Assembly: GCA_012295275.1 (NCBI GenBank)
Contig: CM022667.1
Location: 4,030,001 to 4,094,000 of the forward strand
Direction: 5' to 3'
Length of the DNA stretch: 64,000 bases
From: Chrysomallon squamiferum
Taxonomy: Eukaryota > Animalia > Mollusca
The position numbers and the translations under genes were made by a program. This document shows, in pieces, positions 57,991-64,000 of the stretch. Numbering within the stretch: position 1 is the stretch's first letter; each line of letters opens with the position of its first letter. The notes below the pieces were generated by a model that had not been told where the DNA came from, searched no databases, and saw nothing but the letters and a program-made list of their open reading frames with translations.

Positions 57991-58535
57991 TATTCTGAGA
58001 AACAGTAAAATCGATAAAAATATGACGGCTTCTTTGAAACTTTACTTATTACTGTTTTCGAAGAAATGCAGATTATTTATTTATTTATTTATTTGTTTAT
58101 TTATTTATTTTTATTTAATATGATTCCCACACTGAGTGGTCGCGAGTTCTAACTCAGCGTCACTCAGCACGTGACAATCTTTTATATCACAGGTAAATCT
58201 TCAAACGGGGTTGCAGGAAAAATAAAAATAGAAATTAGTAAAGTTTCTTTTATGCGCCTCCATTCTGGAAGTGACGAAACGCAAAATGAACAGCCATAGT
58301 TGCGAAGTTCCAATGACAAAACACAGCCAATGAAAAAGTACAGGAAGTATTACGACTACTGTGATTGGTTAAAACATAATTGGCAAAGCTTCATACCTGA
58401 TCTGGATCACTTGTTGGATACGACGATATCGTGTATAGACATTTCATTAGTGAGACACCGTCTTAAAACAAACATCAAACGAACAACCAGTTCGCAGTTT
58501 GAGTATCTAAACAAGTTTTCTGTGAGAATAAAGAA

Positions 58536-58868
58536 ATGTATCCTAACATCGAAAATTTGTTACAAAACAAAGAAGGGGAACAGAGTGACACAGTTCACAG
58601 TGGTTCAGGTGGCAGTAACCCGGGCACTGACGAGCCACTCATCAAAGCAAACGGAAAGGAAAATTTAGAATGTTTTGTAAATCCTGACACAAAATGTGCG
58701 CCAGGAGAAAATGTGTTTGAAAAATGTGACAAAGAAAAAGAAACAGAAAAGATGTTTATCTCACCGACGATGACAAAATTGACAACATCTACGACTTCGA
58801 CGTTCGAGAAGATGGAAATACGTGCTGTCCTGGTCGTGAGAAAAACCTGATCGACATCGTAACAAAGG
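58536..58868 (+). pseudogene. TNF-family exon 1 with the TM segment deleted and a frameshift
   Basis: KEKETEK is joined directly, out of frame, to the KDVYLTDD-coding sequence; donor retained at 58869. Confidence 0.8.
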
Positions 58869-58905
58869 TTTTTATTTTTATTTTTATTATTATTATTATT
58901 ATTAT

Positions 58906-58941
<36 letters not shown>

Positions 58942-59789
58942 ATGGTGGTGGTGGTGGTAGCAGCAGTAGTAGTATTGTTGTTGTTGTTGTTGTTAATGGT
59001 TTATAAATCGGGTATTATATGGGTTTACAAATGCTATTTTTAGCAAAGGAAGTTATTTAAGTTTTTATTTGAGAATTGAGTGATGTAAAATTAAATATGG
59101 GATTTTCAAAATGTTTATTTCTAATTACATTTGAGGAAGAACAACTTATTTTGATAATAAATGTTTCACGATACCTTTTAATATTCACATTCTGGTTTTC
59201 TGTAATAATGATGCACAAAAAATATATTTTTTATTAGTAATTTTTTTATTATTATTATTATTATTATTTGTCTATATACCATTTATAAAAATACGATAGT
59301 CAAAGATCGTACCGGTGGAGGAATACCAGAATTCTAAAAGCTCCTGAATCCAATACACAGACTTTATTTTATGTATAAAGTTATTAAAAGCTATTTAAAA
59401 GAAATTCGTATTCAGAGTCAAGTCAAGTCAAAAAAATTAACGTGCTAATCAGAGAAAGCTGTTGTGAAGCACGTCTACGACAGGCTCGCTTTCTGACAGG
59501 TCAGTGGGCGTGTCCGTCGCAGACGTATTCAGTCTCAGGTTATTTCCTTATACAGCAAAACCCGAAACATGGCTCAGTCCCAAACTGCTCGACAAACTTG
59601 TTTATCCACGTGAATGAGTGAAATAGCCAATTAAAAATTACAGGCAGCGTTAAGACTCCTGTGATTGGTCAAAAATACCTGGCAACGCGGCATATCTGAA
59701 CAGTTTTTGACATGTGACTAGAGAACATCAGACCACAGTTCGCAGTTTGTGTGTCTAAGCGATATACAAGTTTTCTGTGATTAAAAAAA

Positions 59790-60540
59790 AAAAGAAAAAA
59801 AAGAAGGATCCCCCAAAAAAACTTCATAGAAACGTAATTTTGTTACAACAAAAACAGAAGGGAAACAGAGTGACACATATGAAATTAATCCAAATTGCGT
59901 AAACGCGAGGAGTAACACGCCACTCGTCAATCGGGACACAAAATATACGCCGTGAGTAAATGTGCTTGAAACATGTGACAAAGAAAAAGAAAATAATAAA
60001 TTCTGGATAAAGGTCATCGACATTTTACTGATGATATGCACAGCTCTACTTTTCATTCCCTCACGCGAGGAGTCGCAAAATCAAACTGTTGTGCATTTTT
60101 TTTTTATTTGAACAGTATAAATATGCATGTATATTCTTACATATCAACCAAAATATATTGGTTCCTTTCAACAATTCTATTTATTCGCAATTTGCAGAAA
60201 ACCAAGACAGAGCCAATAAATTATTATAATATTGTTAATAAATTTAGAAGTAAAATGTGACATTTGTGATCCCCCATAGATACATCTTTATCTCTCTCTG
60301 CCCCTGTCTGTCTGAATTTCTTTGTGTTGATGTCTAAATGTGTGTGTGTGTGTGTTTGTGTTTGTATATATATATATATATGTAATATGTTATACATATG
60401 TAATATGTATGTATGTAAGTGTGCTATATATACTGTAAACTCCTACATAATATCATATGTTAAATTTTTCAGATTCTGAATTACGTTTTACTGGGGAGAA
60501 TGACCGCTCATCACATTTACGCGAAACTGACTGAAAGTTT
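59790..60540 (+). pseudogene. Highly degraded TNF-family copy (exon 1-3 remnants)
   Basis: Part of a roughly 2.5-kb tandem duplicate of 56800-58240; exon-3 stub at about 60473. Confidence 0.72.
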
Positions 60541-61104
60541 ATTCTGAGAAACAGTAAAATCTATAAAAATAAGACGGCTTATTTAAACTTTATTTATTAT
60601 TGTTTTCGAAGAAATTTATTTTTATTTATTTATTTATTTAATTATTTATTTTTTATTTATTTATTTTTATTTAATATGATTCCCACACTGAGTGGTCGCG
60701 AGTTCTAACTCAGCGTCACTCAACAGTTGACAAATCATTATATCATAGGTAAATCCCCAAACGGAAAAATAAAAAAAAAATGGAATGGAATGGAAAAAGT
60801 TTCACGTTTAATCAGAGCAAATTTGGTAGCCAGTTAAACAAAAAATAGAAATTAGTAATGTTTCTTTTATGACAAAACATTCTGGCCAATGAAAACTTGA
60901 ACAGCCAAGCATTAATTAAAACTACTGTTATTGGTTAAAACATAATTGGTTAAAAAAAATAATCTGATCTGAAAAACTGGTTGGATACGACGATGTTGTT
61001 TGTATAAACATTTCATTAGTGAGACACCGTCTTAAAACAAACATCAAACAAACAACCAGTTTGCAGTTTGAGCATCTAAACAAGTTTTCTGTGAGAATAA
61101 AGAA

Positions 61105-61624
61105 ATGTATCCTAACATCAAAAGTTTGTTACAAAACGAAGAAGGGGAACAGCGTGACTCAGTTCACAGTGGTTCAGGTGGCAGTAACGCGGGCACTGAC
61201 GAGCCGCTCATCAAAGCCAACAGAAAGGAAAAATTTAGAAGGTTTTGTAAATCCTGACACAAAATACCAGCCTGGAAAAAACGTGCGTGAAAAATATGAG
61301 AAAGAAAAAGAAACAGAAAAAGAGAAAAAGAAATTCTGGATACAGGTCATTCTGCTTTTTGCTGTCATCGACATTTTACTGATCATAGCTATAGCTCTGC
61401 TTTTCACCCCAAAACGTGTGGAGTCACAACGTCAAACCGTTGTACAGTGGGACGACGACGTCTGCTTTCCGTGCAAAGATGTTTATCTCACCGACGATGA
61501 CAAAATTGACAACATCTACGACTTCGACGTTCGAGAAGATGGAAATACGTGCTGTCCTGGTCGTGAGAAAAACCTGATCGACATCTTAACAAAGGTTTTT
61601 ATTTTTATTATTTTTATTATTATT

Positions 61625-61666
<42 letters not shown>

Positions 61667-63475
61667 GCTGTTGTTGTTAAAGGTTTGTATATACTTATAA
61701 ATCGGACATTACTTGGCCCGTAATATGCTATTTTTAGCATTGTTCTAAAATTAGATATGGGATTTCCTGTAACGCTTATTTTTATTATTTATTCCTGAAG
61801 AATAGTTTATTCAGAGAAAGCGCGATAATAAAAGATGTACCGAGAAACTTTTTAATTTTCACATTCTCATTTTCTGTAATAATGATGCGCAAAAAACCCC
61901 ATAATAATAATTATTATTAATAATATACTTATTTATTTATTTTTATTCTTTTTTTTTTTTTTTTTTTAATTCGCATTTTACTTCGTGTTTTAGTTTTTGT
62001 AATTTGATAAGAATTATTGAAACAAATATCATGATGGAAGTTCATCAAATTATGATATCTCCCTTAATAAGCAAGATAATCGAATGGATTCCTCCACTGA
62101 ATTAAAAGATTAACAATAATGATTAATTGTTAAGGAGAAAAATAAAAAAAAAAAAAAAAAAAAAAAATTAAATAAAGAAAAAATATACATTGCTACTACT
62201 AATACTACAAGTGATACTACTACTGCTACTACTTCTAATACTGCTAATAATACAACCACTGCAACTACTGCTACTACTACTACTAATAGTACCGCCAATA
62301 ATATTACCGCTGTAACTACTGCTACTACTACTACTAATAGTACCGCTGTAACTACTGCTACTACTACTACTACTACTATTACCACTGCAACTACTGCTAC
62401 TACTACTACTAATACTACCGCTAATAATATTACCGCTGTAACTATTGCTACTACTACTGATAGTACTGCCACTATAACTATTGCTACAACTACTAATAAC
62501 ACTGCCACTGTAACTATTGCTACAACTACTAATAACACTGCCACTGTAACTATTGCTACTACTACTAATAGTACTGCCACTGTAACTATTGCTACTACTA
62601 CTAATAATACTGCCACTGCAACTATTGCTGCTACTACTAATAACACTGCCACTGTAACTATTGCTACTACTACTAATAACACTGCCACTATAACTATTGC
62701 TACTACTACTAATAGTACTGCCACTATAACTATTGCTACTACTAATAATACTGCCACTGCCACTATTACTACTACTACTAATAGTACCGCTGTAACTATT
62801 GCTACTACTACTAATAAAACTGCCACTGTAACTATTACTACTACTACTAATAGTACTGCCACTGCAACTATTGCTACTATTACTAATAAACTGCCATGTA
62901 ACTATTGCTACTACTACTACTAATAGTACCGATATAACTATTACTACTACTACTGCTAATAGTACCACTGTAACTATTGCTACTACTACTACTAATACTG
63001 CCACTGTAACTATTGCTACTACTAATAATAAAAGTACCGATGTAACTATTGCTATTACTACTACTAATAGTACCGCTGTAACTATTGCTACTACTAATAA
63101 TAATACTGCCACTGCAACTATTGATACTTCTACTAATAATATTGCCACTGCAACAATTGCTAGTACTACTACTAATACTTCAGCTGCTACTGGTGCTGCT
63201 ACCATCACTATGATTACTAACTACAGCTACTACTACTACTGTTACTGCAACTTCTGCTGATACTACATTACTACTGTATTACTGTTAATACTACTGCTAT
63301 AATATTATTACTTTTTCTAGTTTACTATCACAACTACTATTACTAATTTTGTTGTACTACTATTACTATTAATACTATTAATTCTACTGCTACTACTACT
63401 TCTAACATTACTTCTGCTAATACTGCTGTTGCTGCTGTTACTATTACCACTATTACAACTGCAAATACACCAAAT

Positions 63476-63510
<35 letters not shown>

Positions 63511-63757
63511 ACTACTACTACCTCTATTAAAACAGTAAATTGTAGTAAATGAATCTGTAAACAAGAATAAATAAATTTATGAAATAGAAACAAGGTATAG
63601 GTAGGTACGAAAATACGTATATGCGTACGTAAGAACATTTTATTTGTATATCATATATTTATGCTTTTACATATCGACCAAAATATGTTGATTCTTTTCT
63701 CTAATTCTATTTATTGGCAGTTTGCAGAAAAACAGTACAGCCAAGACAGAGACAAAC
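61105..63757 (+). pseudogene. TNF-family ligand exons 1-2 (gene runs off the window); single +1 frameshift, possibly intact if that is a sequence error
   Basis: ATG 61105, extra A in the run 61229-61233, otherwise complete exon 1 to 61594; intact exon 2 63721-63757 (FAEKQYSQDRDK). Confidence 0.65.
62190..63300. repeat. Expanded (ACT)n-derived minisatellite (about 36-bp units) in TNF intron 1
   Basis: 'actgccactgtaactattgctactactactaata' tandem units; source of the spurious poly-V/S/T ORFs. Confidence 0.9.
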
Positions 63758-63826
63758 GTGAGTACTAAACCATTCTTAATATACAATCACATTCTTTAAG
63801 AATTTAGAACTAAAAACTGACATTTA

Positions 63827-63892
<66 letters not shown>

Positions 63893-63950
63893 ACACACAC
63901 CTCTCTGTGACTAATCATATAAATTCCAAGAACATTTGAAAAAGTACAAA

Positions 63951-64000
<50 letters not shown>

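Noticed and set aside
62110-63260. Long poly-Val/Ser/Thr ORFs (250, 346 and 129 aa) resembling mucin or antifreeze proteins
   Set aside because: They arise from an (ACT)n-derived minisatellite inside TNF intron 1; the homologous tract at 49935-50500 does not keep them.

Overview
AT-rich, microsatellite-dense animal genomic DNA with spliceosomal introns; an invertebrate, possibly a mollusc (taxon inferred, not shown). From left to right: (1) a large-Maf bZIP gene with an intronless CDS (+, 1311-2195) and a clear core promoter; (2) about 18 kb with no recognisable gene, holding minisatellites and a hAT-type MITE; (3) a complete, compact 8-exon WWOX gene (-, 25708-20340) lying tail-to-tail with Maf, the same arrangement as human WWOX-MAF at 16q23; (4) tRNA-Gln(TTG) 180 bp upstream of the WWOX ATG, plus a decayed copy; (5) two convergent orphan membrane-protein genes, one with PY motifs, a TM helix and a possible GPI tail, the other tail-anchored with about 24 PHARDIS heptads; (6) a BTB-BACK-Kelch gene with an intronless CDS; (7) from about 39 kb to the window end, a tandemly duplicated, decaying array of a head-to-head unit made of the 5' exons of PHKB (-) and a TNF-superfamily ligand gene (+). 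The array has at least 7 TNF copies or fragments, 3 PHKB fragments, tandem arrays of PHKB splice sites, a probable solo LTR, a MITE and a Tc1/mariner relic (a second mariner relic lies at 31.6-32.1 kb). Exon models were read by eye; no database search was run.
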